Shown: positions 33,748 to 43,209, numbered from the stretch's first letter. The stretch: DNA of 45,871 nucleotides from Thermodesulfobacteriota bacterium (GCA_029246845.1 JAQWMJ010000010.1:1-45871); one strand, 5' to 3'. Made by a program: numbers and translations. The notes: a model not told the origin generated them from the sequence alone.

Positions 33748-33948
33748 CTATTGATTTACAGCTCTTCTATGTCTTGACTGACCTTCAGGTCGTCCAAAGT
33801 CTGTACCTACTTTCGCAGCCCAGTTTTGGAAACCACTTACGTGTCCTGCATATCCAAGTGCTTTTTGAGGGTCATGAGCAGAAACAGCAGTATCTTTACT
33901 TACCTGTCTAGCCCAATTTCTCATTGGTGAATTTTGTTGATCTGGCAT
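33748..33948 (-). CDS. Small (66 aa) basic, hydrophilic protein of unknown function with an internal NWA..V..D repeat
   Basis: GGAGGTG lies 5 nt upstream of the ATG. The gene has its own promoter and terminator. By hand count it is 86/201 G+C (43%), against 17% in a 100-nt sample of the adjacent gene. Sequence: MPDQQNSPMRNWARQVSKDTAVSAHDPQKALGYAGHVSGFQNWAAKVGTDFGRPEGQSRHRRAVNQ. Confidence 0.6.
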   Translation of the reverse strand: MPDQQNSPMRNWARQVSKDTAVSAHDPQKALGYAGHVSGFQNWAAKVGTDFGRPEGQSRHRRAVNQ

Positions 33949-33974
33949 ATTGCACCTCCATTATTGATATATCA

Positions 33975-34003
33975 ATTGTAGCAAAACAAAATTTTAAATT
34001 CAA
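33975..34003 (-). promoter_or_regulatory. Candidate strong promoter of the small-protein gene (TTGAAT-17 nt-TGcTACAAT)
   Basis: On the minus strand, TTGAAT is at 34003-33998, a 17-nt spacer follows, TG is at 33983-33982 and TACAAT at 33980-33975. Confidence 0.45.
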
Positions 34004-34013
34004 CAACTTAATA

Positions 34014-34313
34014 TTATTCAGGACATGGGCTAATTGTTAGGTCAGTTAAAGGAGTAGTAATACATAGTAAAACATGGTTATTCTTGATTTCGTCTTCGGT
34101 TAGAGTGTTAGGTTCGGGTTCTTCTAAGTATTCGAAGTCACCATGGATAATCTTGGCAACACAGGTTGTACACATGCCTTGCATGCAGCCAAAAGGAAGA
34201 GATGCTCCTTTGCTGTTAGAGCTAGTTACTATTGAATCCCCCTGTGTAATATCGTAGGACTTACCTGTGTCAGTGAATGTTACTTTGTGAACCTTGTCCA
34301 TTTTAAAAATCAA
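34014..34313 (-). CDS. Plant-type [2Fe-2S] ferredoxin
   Basis: C..GMCTTC...LLC cluster-ligand pattern. The start is either TTG 34313 or ATG 34301 (MDKVHKVTF), with AAGGAG upstream. Confidence 0.85.
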   Translation of the reverse strand: MIFKMDKVHKVTFTDTGKSYDITQGDSIVTSSNSKGASLPFGCMQGMCTTCVAKIIHGDFEYLEEPEPNTLTEDEIKNNHVLLCITTPLTDLTISPCPE

Positions 34314-34355
34314 ATCTCCTTATCAAAATCATACCTTGTGTATATAATAATTTAA

Positions 34356-35606
34356 ATGTTAAATGTAATCGATAATAAGTTATTTGTTGAAGATGTAAGT
34401 TTTGATTATCTTGCAGACTTTTATGGAACTCCTTGTTATGTCTACAGTAAAGCATCATTGGTTAATGAATTCCTTGAGTACCAGGATGCCTTTAAGGGAT
34501 ACCCTAAGACAACTATTTGTTATTCAGTTAAAGCTAATTCTAATCTATCGATTTTAAAAATTTTCAACTCTCTTGGATCAGGTTTTGATATTGTCTCAGA
34601 AGGGGAACTGGATAGAATAATAAAAGTTGGAGCAGATCCTAAGAAGGTAGTTTTTTCAGGTGTTGCGAAGTCAGATTCAGAGATCACTAAGGCTTTGGAG
34701 TTTGGAATATGCTTTTTTAATGTTGAGTCTTTTGATGAATTATTAGCAATTAATAGGATATCTGAGAAATTTGGAACTAATGCTAGAGTTTCTATTCGAG
34801 TAAATCCAGATATTGACCCTAAAACACATCCCTATATATCCACAGGTTTAAAGACTAGCAAGTTTGGCATAGCCATTGAAGATTCACTTGATGCGTATAT
34901 AGAAGCATCTAAAATGAAAAATATTAAAGTCGTTGGAATTGATGCACACATAGGATCTCAAATTTTTGATTTGCAACCTTTTGAAGACTCTCTTGTAAGA
35001 TTAGAAAATCTCTATTATAAGCTGAATGATTTGGGAATTAACATCGAATATATTGATATAGGCGGAGGACTTGGAATTAAGTATAAGGAAGATGATGCCC
35101 CGCCAACCAAGGCAGATTTTTCATCAAAAATAATTAAAATAATGAAAAATATTAATTGCAATTTAATACTAGAGCCTGGGAGGTCATTGGTTGGGAATGC
35201 AGGATATTTAATTACTAAAGTTGTGTATGAAAAGAAAAGTAATAAAAAAAACTTTCTAATAGTTGATGCGGGGATGAATGATATTCTTAGACCCTCACTT
35301 TATGGTGCTTACCATAAAATTTCAAAATCTATACCATCTTCAGATAACAAGAAGATTTACGATATTGTAGGGCCAATATGTGAAACTGGTGATGTTTTAT
35401 CTTATGATGCAGCATTGAATGATATAAAGTTAGGGGAAAATTTGGTAATACATTCTGCAGGTGCCTATGGTTCTGTAATGTCTTCAAACTATAATTCAAG
35501 ACCCAAGGTCCCCGAAGTTTTAGTGTCAGGGAAGAATGCAAATATAATAAGAAAAAAAGAAACCATTGATCAAATTCTACAGAACGAGGTTGTCATAGAT
35601 GACTAA
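34356..35606 (+). CDS. lysA: Diaminopimelate decarboxylase
   Basis: YSVKANSNLSIL (PLP Lys), GSGFDIVSEGEL, DIGGGLGI, EPGRSLVGNAG and CETGD motifs. Confidence 0.95.
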   Translation: MLNVIDNKLFVEDVSFDYLADFYGTPCYVYSKASLVNEFLEYQDAFKGYPKTTICYSVKANSNLSILKIFNSLGSGFDIVSEGELDRIIKVGADPKKVVFSGVAKSDSEITKALEFGICFFNVESFDELLAINRISEKFGTNARVSIRVNPDIDPKTHPYISTGLKTSKFGIAIEDSLDAYIEASKMKNIKVVGIDAHIGSQIFDLQPFEDSLVRLENLYYKLNDLGINIEYIDIGGGLGIKYKEDDAPPTKADFSSKIIKIMKNINCNLILEPGRSLVGNAGYLITKVVYEKKSNKKNFLIVDAGMNDILRPSLYGAYHKISKSIPSSDNKKIYDIVGPICETGDVLSYDAALNDIKLGENLVIHSAGAYGSVMSSNYNSRPKVPEVLVSGKNANIIRKKETIDQILQNEVVIDD

Positions 35607-36231
35607 TGAACCATTTATTGTCTCAATACTCTCTAAGGGTGGATTTTTTGTATATCCCATCTTGGCCTGTTCTATAGTTGCCTTGGCAATTTTTCTAAAA
35701 AAACTTTTTTTAACAAAAAATAGTAATATATTGCCTAATGTATTTTTAAATAAATTAAATAGTCTTGTATCTGTCGGTAAAATTTCTGAAGCAATTAGTC
35801 TATGTAAGAATAGCAGTAATGTTTATTCAAACATCGCGGAGTCTATTCTTTCATCTCAAAGTAAGACAAGAAGGGAAATAGAAAAAATCGCTGAGGATGA
35901 AGGAGCAAGACAAGTTTTTCGACTATCCCAATCAAATGAGCTGCTAGGGTCATTAAGTAATATTAGCACCCTGCTTGGTCTTTTAGGGACAATCTCAGGA
36001 ATGATTACTGTTTTTCAGGTTATTTCAACTCAGACTGTAGTAGACCCTCCAAGCTTAGCAGGTGGTATTTCTGAAGCACTTTATACTACAGCACTAGGTC
36101 TTATAGTAGCTATACCTATTTTCGTTGGATATAAGTTTATAAATAATAAAGTTAGTGAGATTTCTAACAAGCTCCAAGAAGAAGCGTTAAAATTAATTTC
36201 AGAGCTAGTAAGATCTACAGAATCTAAATGA
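35599..36231 (+). CDS. MotA/TolQ/ExbB family proton-channel protein
   Basis: 3 TM helices and the LGLLGTISGMI...GISEALYTTALGLIVAIP signature. Confidence 0.8.
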   Translation: MTNEPFIVSILSKGGFFVYPILACSIVALAIFLKKLFLTKNSNILPNVFLNKLNSLVSVGKISEAISLCKNSSNVYSNIAESILSSQSKTRREIEKIAEDEGARQVFRLSQSNELLGSLSNISTLLGLLGTISGMITVFQVISTQTVVDPPSLAGGISEALYTTALGLIVAIPIFVGYKFINNKVSEISNKLQEEALKLISELVRSTESK

Positions 36232-36626
36232 ACTTTAACAAAAGGATTAATACCGAAGAGACATTAATGGACTTAACTCCTATAGTCGACGTGGTATTTA
36301 ACCTATTAATCTTCTTTGCCCTATCATTAAATTTTTCTCAAATTACATCTAGTATTAATATTAAACTACCAAAAGCTAAAAGCTCTGAGATAGTAACAGA
36401 GAAGCAAGTAGTTGTGAGTATAGAGAAAGGAAATAAGATTTATATTAATGATAGAAAATTATTTATTGATCAAATTCCAAATTATCTTGATGATATAAGC
36501 AAGGATAAAGTAGTAGTAATTAAGGCAGATGAAGGAATTGACCATGGGTTTGTGGTCCAGGTTATGGACTTAATTAAAAGATCTGGATTTAATAAGCTAG
36601 GAATAGCAGTCAAGAAGCAAAACTAA
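36228..36626 (+). CDS. ExbD/TolR family biopolymer transport protein
   Basis: DLTPIVDVVFNLLIFF TM/Asp motif and a periplasmic domain. ATGA overlap with the upstream gene. Confidence 0.8.
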   Translation: MNFNKRINTEETLMDLTPIVDVVFNLLIFFALSLNFSQITSSINIKLPKAKSSEIVTEKQVVVSIEKGNKIYINDRKLFIDQIPNYLDDISKDKVVVIKADEGIDHGFVVQVMDLIKRSGFNKLGIAVKKQN

Positions 36627-36671
36627 CTCATACCACTGATAATAATAGAAATTCCAAAAGGAGCAGATAGT

Positions 36672-37583
36672 TTGAAGATTAATTTATTCAAAGAAAAATC
36701 TAATATATTGTTTGGATATATCCTGGTTACTGGAACTGCCTTTTTTACAGCTTTCTCATATATCTTTGGAAAAAAAGTTTCTGAAGAATTATATCCAGAA
36801 ACAGTAGCATTTTATTGGTTTTTTGGTGCCTTTTTATTTGCCCTACTAAAAAGGCTACTTTTTGGATTATTTGGAACGAAATTTAGGGTTTCCATTTCAG
36901 ATCTTTGGAAGTACAAAGAGCTTATGATTATGTCATCTATTGTTACAGTATTTGGAGTAGCATTCTGGGTTATAGCGCTTAGATCTGCAGGCCCACCAGT
37001 TACTTCTTTCTTGATGAAATTCCAAGTTGTCTTCTCAGTAATGCTTGGTGCAATCTTTTTGAAGGAAAGACTTAAGAAATTGGAAATCTTTGGAATTCTA
37101 CTTACAATTTTTGGGGGTTTAGTAATTACATATGACACATCATTCTTTGAGCTACGTGGAGCATTTTATGCAGTCATGGCTGCATTTTGCTATTCATGTC
37201 TTTTTATAATTGTAAAAAAGAAAGGGTCAAATTTAAACATGATGATGGTTGCAACCTTAAGATCTTTAGGAGTTTCAATTATTGGAATACTCTACTTGAT
37301 GTTTAGTGGTAGATTCCAACTTCCAAATAATGTTGATTTGGTCTACATGATAATTGGAGGAACATGTGGAGCATATATCGGCAAGGCATTGCAATTCCAG
37401 GCAATCAAATTGGTAGATGTTTCAAGAACAACAGCTGTTACACCCTTAGAGGCCGTTTTCGTTGTATTGCTAACCTTTCTGTTCTTTGATACCGTCCCTA
37501 GTTCATTGAAGCTGATAGGGGGGTTCTTGATAATAATAGGAGTTATCTTCCTCCTAGTTTTTAGAAAAGAAAAAGGTAATTAA
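36672..37583 (+). CDS. EamA/DMT-superfamily transporter
   Basis: 10 TM helices arranged as two EamA-like halves. Confidence 0.7.
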   Translation: MKINLFKEKSNILFGYILVTGTAFFTAFSYIFGKKVSEELYPETVAFYWFFGAFLFALLKRLLFGLFGTKFRVSISDLWKYKELMIMSSIVTVFGVAFWVIALRSAGPPVTSFLMKFQVVFSVMLGAIFLKERLKKLEIFGILLTIFGGLVITYDTSFFELRGAFYAVMAAFCYSCLFIIVKKKGSNLNMMMVATLRSLGVSIIGILYLMFSGRFQLPNNVDLVYMIIGGTCGAYIGKALQFQAIKLVDVSRTTAVTPLEAVFVVLLTFLFFDTVPSSLKLIGGFLIIIGVIFLLVFRKEKGN

Positions 37584-38698
37584 CAGTAATCCGTAGTTAG
37601 CTTATCTTTTTTCTTAAATTTAACTTCAGCTGACCTAATTAATAAATCAATAATTTTTTTTAATTTTATACCATCATTACTAAGAAGTTTTGGAAACATG
37701 CTAATCTCAGTAAAACCTGGAATTGTATTAACTTCACTTAAATAAAGCTTTGCTTTTTTCTCGCTTTTTGTTGATCCAAATAAGAAATCAACTCGAGCCA
37801 TCCCTGAACATAGAAGAACTTGAAACACTTTCTTTGACGTTACCTTCAGCTCATGCATTAGGGATGGACTATTCATTGCCCTCTTGTAAGGTATTTCTAT
37901 TATTGATTCTCCATCTAAATACTTGGCGTTGTAGCTATAAAAGTCATCAGATGGAAGAATTCTACCTGGAGTAGATACAATAATTTTTTTGTCCTCAAGA
38001 ACACTTACTTCTATTTCCTCTGGGTTTAGCACTGCTTGCTCAACCAGGATTCTTTCTGAAAACTTAAAAGCATCGCTGACTTTATTCTTCAATTCTTTTT
38101 TATTCTTAACCTTGAAGACTCCAACACTAGACCCTAAATTAGAAGCTTTTACAAAGCAAGGAAAAGCAATTTTTTTTACAACCTCTTTTGTAATAGATGA
38201 CTCATCGTCTTTCCATTCATCTTTTGAAAAATGTAGAAATTCTGTAGTAGGAATTAATTTATTGGATAGTATTTCTTTTGTTAATATTTTATCCATACAT
38301 ATTGACGAACTCTCTACATCACATCCAACGTAAGGTTTATTAAGAAGCTCAAGAAGTCCTTGGATTTTTCCATCCTCTCCTCCTGTCCCATGAATTATTG
38401 GAAAGAATATGTCAATTTTGGTTCTAGATTTAATTTGGTTTTTGTTCATTATTATTACATTTTTATTTGAATCTCCAGAAAACAGGACTTTATTTTGTTT
38501 TTTGATTATAAAATCGTACTTTAGTGATTTATTGATTCTATATACGGCCTCGTGAAATTCACCTTTTTTGGAAATAAAAATTCCAAAAACCTTATATTTC
38601 CTCATATCCATATTGTTTAGAATTGAATTAGCGGAAATTATTGATATTTCATGTTCAACCGATTTTCCACCAAAAATAATACATACTTTTTTATTCAT
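37580..38698 (-). CDS. ddl: D-alanine--D-alanine ligase
   Basis: FGGKSVEHEISIISA, HGTGGEDGKIQGLLE, KASNLGSSVGV, RVDF and EVNTIPGFT motifs. Confidence 0.9.
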   Translation of the reverse strand: MNKKVCIIFGGKSVEHEISIISANSILNNMDMRKYKVFGIFISKKGEFHEAVYRINKSLKYDFIIKKQNKVLFSGDSNKNVIIMNKNQIKSRTKIDIFFPIIHGTGGEDGKIQGLLELLNKPYVGCDVESSSICMDKILTKEILSNKLIPTTEFLHFSKDEWKDDESSITKEVVKKIAFPCFVKASNLGSSVGVFKVKNKKELKNKVSDAFKFSERILVEQAVLNPEEIEVSVLEDKKIIVSTPGRILPSDDFYSYNAKYLDGESIIEIPYKRAMNSPSLMHELKVTSKKVFQVLLCSGMARVDFLFGSTKSEKKAKLYLSEVNTIPGFTEISMFPKLLSNDGIKLKKIIDLLIRSAEVKFKKKDKLTTDYC

Positions 38699-38730
38699 TA
38701 AATGAATAATACTATCAATTTAATTAAAAG

Positions 38731-38759
38731 TTTATTATTTCTTTATATTTTGGTACAAT
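38731..38759 (+). promoter_or_regulatory. Candidate extended -10 promoter of the thiolase gene (TGgTACAAT)
   Basis: TG at 38751-52, TACAAT at 38754-59, and a weak -35 TTTATT 17 nt upstream. AAAGGGGG RBS before the ATG at 38820. Confidence 0.3.
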
Positions 38760-38819
38760 ATTTAAATTAAAATTTTTATAATTTCTAATTAAAAGTTAAA
38801 GAAAAAGGGGGAATAAATA

Positions 38820-40001
38820 ATGTCTACAAAAGTAGTATTAAGTGAGCCTTTAAGAACGGCTATCGGAACATTCGGGGGAACTCTCCAGGATACTCCAGCT
38901 GTTGAACTTGGTGTCACAGTAGTAAAAGAAATTTTAAGCAGAACTGGTATAGATCCAACTCATATTGATGAAGTTGTTACCGGTAATATTTTAGGTGCCG
39001 GACAAGGTCAAAACCCTTCTAGGCAAGTAGCACTAGGAGCTGGTCTTGATTACGATACTCCTGCATATAGTTTAAATAGAGTTTGTGCATCTGGTGTCCA
39101 ATCAATAGCAAATGCCGCTCAAGCTATTAAAGCTGGAGATGCTGGCGTTGTATTAGCTGGTGGTATCGAGAATATGAACTTAGCTCCGTTTATAATGCCA
39201 AAAGCCAGATACGGTTATAGAATGGCTTTAGAAGCTAAAGATACCGTGCTGGACGGAATGGTATATGATGGATTATGGGATATCTTCAATAACTACCATA
39301 TGGGTATGACAGCTGAAAATTTGGCAGAAAAATATAATATTTCTAGAGAAGAGCAAGATAAATTTGCTATTGAAAGCCAAGGTAAGGCTAAAAAAGCGCA
39401 AAGAGCTGGAACATTTAAAAAAGAAATTGTTCCTGTACAGTTAAAAAAAGGTGTATTTGACATTGACGAACATCCAAGAGAAGTTTCAATGGCAGCTTTA
39501 AGCAGACTTAAACCAGTGTTTACTCCAGAAGGTTCAGTTACAGCAGGAAACGCATCCGGTATTAATGATGGAGCCGCTTACATGGTTGTATCTTCTGAGG
39601 AAAAAGCTAAAGAGTTAGGTTTAGATCCAGTTGGTGAAGTTATTTCTTATGCAGTTGCAGGTGTTGAGCCGTCAGTTATGGGCATAGGTCCAGTTCCTGC
39701 CATGAATAAAGCTTTGGCTAAAGCTGGATTAACAATTGATGATATTGATTTAGTTGAATTAAACGAAGCTTTTGCGGTTCAATCTTTAGCAGTTTTAAGC
39801 GATTTCCCTATACCTGCCGAAAAATTAAATGTTAATGGTGGAGCAGTTGCTCTTGGACATCCAATTGGAGCTTCAGGAACTGTTTTAGTTGTTAAACTTC
39901 TTCATGAAATGCAAAGACGTAAAGTAAAAAGAGGTTTAGTTTCATTATGTGTTGGCGGTGGTATGGGTATTGCTATGGTTATAGAAAACCCCAAAGTGTA
40001 G
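38820..40001 (+). CDS. Acetyl-CoA C-acetyltransferase (thiolase II)
   Basis: NRVCASG (active Cys), [19 protein letters not shown] and CVGGGMG motifs. Confidence 0.93.
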   Translation: MSTKVVLSEPLRTAIGTFGGTLQDTPAVELGVTVVKEILSRTGIDPTHIDEVVTGNILGAGQGQNPSRQVALGAGLDYDTPAYSLNRVCASGVQSIANAAQAIKAGDAGVVLAGGIENMNLAPFIMPKARYGYRMALEAKDTVLDGMVYDGLWDIFNNYHMGMTAENLAEKYNISREEQDKFAIESQGKAKKAQRAGTFKKEIVPVQLKKGVFDIDEHPREVSMAALSRLKPVFTPEGSVTAGNASGINDGAAYMVVSSEEKAKELGLDPVGEVISYAVAGVEPSVMGIGPVPAMNKALAKAGLTIDDIDLVELNEAFAVQSLAVLSDFPIPAEKLNVNGGAVALGHPIGASGTVLVVKLLHEMQRRKVKRGLVSLCVGGGMGIAMVIENPKV

Positions 40002-40011
40002 TGGACAGTTA

Positions 40012-40230
40012 ATGACAATTGAAAAAAATAATCAATCGAAAGATTTATATAGTTCTCAAGTAGATATCCAAACTAAAAGATTCTTCTTTGATATTAAGGA
40101 GAATCATAAGGGTAGATACTTGAGGATTACAGAGCAAAGTGGGGGTAGGTCGAGTATTGTTGTTCCAATAGAAGGACTAGATGAATTTGAAAATCAGATT
40201 AAATTAGCCATAGATAAGTCTGCTGAATAG
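40012..40230 (+). CDS. Single PUR-repeat (Pur-alpha-like) ss nucleic-acid-binding protein
   Basis: VDIQTKRFFFDIKENHKGRYLRITE closely parallels the eukaryotic Pur-alpha repeat I ([25 protein letters not shown], as I recall it). 72 aa. Confidence 0.75.
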   Translation: MTIEKNNQSKDLYSSQVDIQTKRFFFDIKENHKGRYLRITEQSGGRSSIVVPIEGLDEFENQIKLAIDKSAE

Positions 40231-40233
40231 AAA

Positions 40234-41139
40234 TTATTCTTCCAGTAACTTCATATTTTCTTTCATATGTGAATTTATTATTACTTTGCCCTTCAAATTA
40301 CCGATTTTGACTTCATTGCCAACAAAATTTTCTTCAGTTTTTATAAAACCTATCGCAAAAGTCACAGTCCTCTCTTCTGAGTGAAAATAGCTAGTAATAA
40401 AGCCAACCTTATTGCTTGCTATATTTTGGACTTCTCTTTCATATTTCACTAATCCGTCTATCTCAAAGCAACCAAGAGTTTTTATTACTTTCCCTCTATA
40501 TTTTATTCTTGCTATTGTTTCCTGTCCGATATAGCATCCCTTTGTAAAAGATATTGATGACCACATGTCTGCTTCTATAGGGATTAATTTAGTATTCAGT
40601 TCATTAGGGAAGCTCGGGGATCCAGATAGAATTTTCCATTTTTTATAATCAAGCTCACTAACTTCAAATACTTTAGTTTGCTGAATGTTTTCATTATTTA
40701 GGAAATAGTTCATAAAATCTCTCTCGAGTGTCAATGCTGAAGGGAATTTATTCTCCTTTTCTGGGATAGTAACATTCATTCCCTTGAATGGGTAAAGCTT
40801 GCCGTTACAGTCATTAATATCAACTTTATAGGACATTCTATAGTTTTCTAGATATTTTATTAGTTCGTCTTTTTGCAAGCGATTACACAAAATAAACAAT
40901 GCGTCAGTAGTATTTGAGTAAACCTCAACATCAAAGATTAGTCTGCCTTTATTGTTTAACATTAGGGTACTAACAGAGAGGCTGCCTTTAGTATTAGTAA
41001 CTTCGTTTGAAGAAATACTATTGATAAATTTAAATGAGTCAGAACCATTCAGAAGCAACAAGGATTTACTTTCTTGAAGAAAGATAAACTCTCCATTTAC
41101 AAATATATCATGCAAACTTTTTACTTGTACCGAACCCAT
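40234..41139 (-). CDS. ygfZ: YgfZ/GcvT-like folate-binding protein (Fe-S cluster repair / tRNA modification associated)
   Basis: Signature KGCYIGQETIARIKYRGK. About 300 aa. Confidence 0.75.
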   Translation of the reverse strand: MGSVQVKSLHDIFVNGEFIFLQESKSLLLLNGSDSFKFINSISSNEVTNTKGSLSVSTLMLNNKGRLIFDVEVYSNTTDALFILCNRLQKDELIKYLENYRMSYKVDINDCNGKLYPFKGMNVTIPEKENKFPSALTLERDFMNYFLNNENIQQTKVFEVSELDYKKWKILSGSPSFPNELNTKLIPIEADMWSSISFTKGCYIGQETIARIKYRGKVIKTLGCFEIDGLVKYEREVQNIASNKVGFITSYFHSEERTVTFAIGFIKTEENFVGNEVKIGNLKGKVIINSHMKENMKLLEE

Positions 41140-41249
41140 CTTGATTAAAAAAATTCCTCTCTTTACCTTATGCGTATAAAGTACATAATAATTAACACAA
41201 CTGGTAACATATATAAAATTTGTTATTAAATTTATATTTAAAAGAGGTC

Positions 41250-42197
41250 ATGATGGATTACTCTAAAAAAAATAAAGTTGTAATTATTGGCTCGGGACCT
41301 GCAGGTCTTACGGCAGCAATTTATTGCGCAAGGGCTAATCTTGAACCAATTGTATTTGAAGGATTTCAGGCTGGCGGTCAATTAACAATGACTACGGATG
41401 TTGAAAATTTTCCTGGTTTTCCAGATGGCGTGATGGGGCCAAATTTGATGGACTTATTGAGGACGCAAGCGCAAAAATTCGGGGCAAAATGTATTATGAA
41501 ACAGATTGACAAAGTAGACTTTGAAACTTATCCCTTCAAGTTAGAGACTGACAATGAAATAATAGAGTCAGATTCAGTGATAATATCAACAGGAGCTTCA
41601 GCAAAACTATTAGGTATAAAAGGTGAAGATGAATTTGTTGGAAGAGGTCTTTCAACATGTGCAACTTGTGATGGGTTCTTTTATAAGGATAAGTCTATAC
41701 ATGTAATTGGCGGAGGGGATAGTGCTATGGAAGAAGCAATTTTCTTAACAAAATTTGCATCTAAAGTAACCATTGTTCACAGGAGAGATTTACTACGAGC
41801 ATCTAAAATAATGGTTGATAGGGCGATAAGTAATAAAAAAATCGATTTCTTATGGAATGCTGAACCAATTGAATTTATAGGTGACAAGGAAAAGGGTGTA
41901 TATGCTATGGCCTACAAAGATACTAAAACTAAGGAGCTCACTCAAGTGAATACTGACGGCGTATTTATAGCTATTGGTCACAATCCAAACACAAACCTTT
42001 TTAAGGATACATTAAACATAGACTCAAATGGATATTTGATAACTGAGGATAAGTCATCTCGAACAAATATAAAAGGTGTTTTTGCTTCTGGAGATGTTCA
42101 AGATAGTATTTATAGACAGGCTATAACAGCCGCAGGCTCTGGTTGCATGGCGGCGATTGATGCAGAAAGATTTTTGGAGGAAAACCATGAACTATAG
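41250..42197 (+). CDS. trxB: Thioredoxin-disulfide reductase
   Basis: IIGSGPAG, redox-active CATCDG, GGGDSAMEEA and HRRD motifs. AGAGG precedes the ATGATG at 41250. The tracked ORF starts at TTG 41220. Confidence 0.93.
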   Translation: MMDYSKKNKVVIIGSGPAGLTAAIYCARANLEPIVFEGFQAGGQLTMTTDVENFPGFPDGVMGPNLMDLLRTQAQKFGAKCIMKQIDKVDFETYPFKLETDNEIIESDSVIISTGASAKLLGIKGEDEFVGRGLSTCATCDGFFYKDKSIHVIGGGDSAMEEAIFLTKFASKVTIVHRRDLLRASKIMVDRAISNKKIDFLWNAEPIEFIGDKEKGVYAMAYKDTKTKELTQVNTDGVFIAIGHNPNTNLFKDTLNIDSNGYLITEDKSSRTNIKGVFASGDVQDSIYRQAITAAGSGCMAAIDAERFLEENHEL

Positions 42198-43209
42198 AAC
42201 TTTTCCTAAGAATAAAGACCTAAAAGTTTCGGAAGTAGGATTTGGTGTATGGTCCGTAGCAACGAAGTGGTGGGGAGTAACTGAAGAGAAATTATCACTA
42301 TCTTTATTACATCATGCTTTTGACAGAGGAATAAATTTTTATGATACTGCAGATATTTACGGAAATGGTTACGGAGAAGAAATATTAGCTAAAGCTTTTC
42401 CTAAATCCAGAGATAAAAGAATATATGCAACCAAATTTGGGTACGATATATATTCAAATGCTGGTGAAAGAAAGGGCCATACCGAAATGGCTCAAAAATT
42501 TTCCGCAAAAGATATAAAGTTTTCCTGCGAGCAGAGTTTAAAACGACTAGGAACTGATTATATAGATATTTATCAGATGCATAATCCTCGAATGGATTTT
42601 ATTAATAATGATGAAGTTCTAGAGGCTCTGGAAAAGTTAATCGAAGAAGGAAAGATTAGATCCTATGCTATGGCTTTAGGCCCAGATATCGGATGGTTAG
42701 ATGAAGGGTTAGATTCTATGAATCACTCACCTGTAGGGTTGCAAATTATTTACAATCTCTTAGAGCAAGAACCATCAAAATCCTTGTTTAATAAAGCCTC
42801 AAAAACCCAAACTGGTTTAATTTCTAGGGTCCCACATGCTTCTGGTATCATGGATGGAAGCTTTACTAAAGACAAGGTTTACTCTAAGGATGATCATAGA
42901 AGTCATAGACGACAAAAGTGGATGGAAGCTGGTTTAGATGCCCGAGATGATTTTGGATTTTTATATGATGAAGAAGACAGAACAATCGGTCAGGCTGCTA
43001 TTCTTTTTCCTTTGTCAGTTGCAAATATCTGTACCGTTCTCCCTAATTTTACAACTCACGAAGAGATAGATGAGTATACTGCTGTTTCAGAATTGCCCCC
43101 TTTGTCGAATGAAGAAATTAGCAAAATAGATTCCTTATGGCAAGAAAAGCACTCAACTTCTTTAGATCAACCTTTTTCAAATACTCAAACAAAGCCTACG
43201 CCATCTTAG
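42187..43209 (+). CDS. Aldo/keto reductase family oxidoreductase
   Basis: GFGVW, FYDTADIYGNGYGE and IDIYQMHNP motifs. GGAGG lies 6 nt upstream of the ATG at 42187, which overlaps the trxB 3' end by 11 nt. Confidence 0.85.
   Translation: MNYRTFPKNKDLKVSEVGFGVWSVATKWWGVTEEKLSLSLLHHAFDRGINFYDTADIYGNGYGEEILAKAFPKSRDKRIYATKFGYDIYSNAGERKGHTEMAQKFSAKDIKFSCEQSLKRLGTDYIDIYQMHNPRMDFINNDEVLEALEKLIEEGKIRSYAMALGPDIGWLDEGLDSMNHSPVGLQIIYNLLEQEPSKSLFNKASKTQTGLISRVPHASGIMDGSFTKDKVYSKDDHRSHRRQKWMEAGLDARDDFGFLYDEEDRTIGQAAILFPLSVANICTVLPNFTTHEEIDEYTAVSELPPLSNEEISKIDSLWQEKHSTSLDQPFSNTQTKPTPS

Noticed and set aside
41220-41249. The TTG-initiated N-terminal extension of trxB. Likewise 42157-42186 for the aldo-keto reductase, 12500-12514 for actD, and 17194-17208 for the lipoprotein.
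   Set aside because: The internal ATG codons are preceded by proper SD sequences at 5-7 nt and give N-termini typical of the families. The extensions add non-conserved residues.
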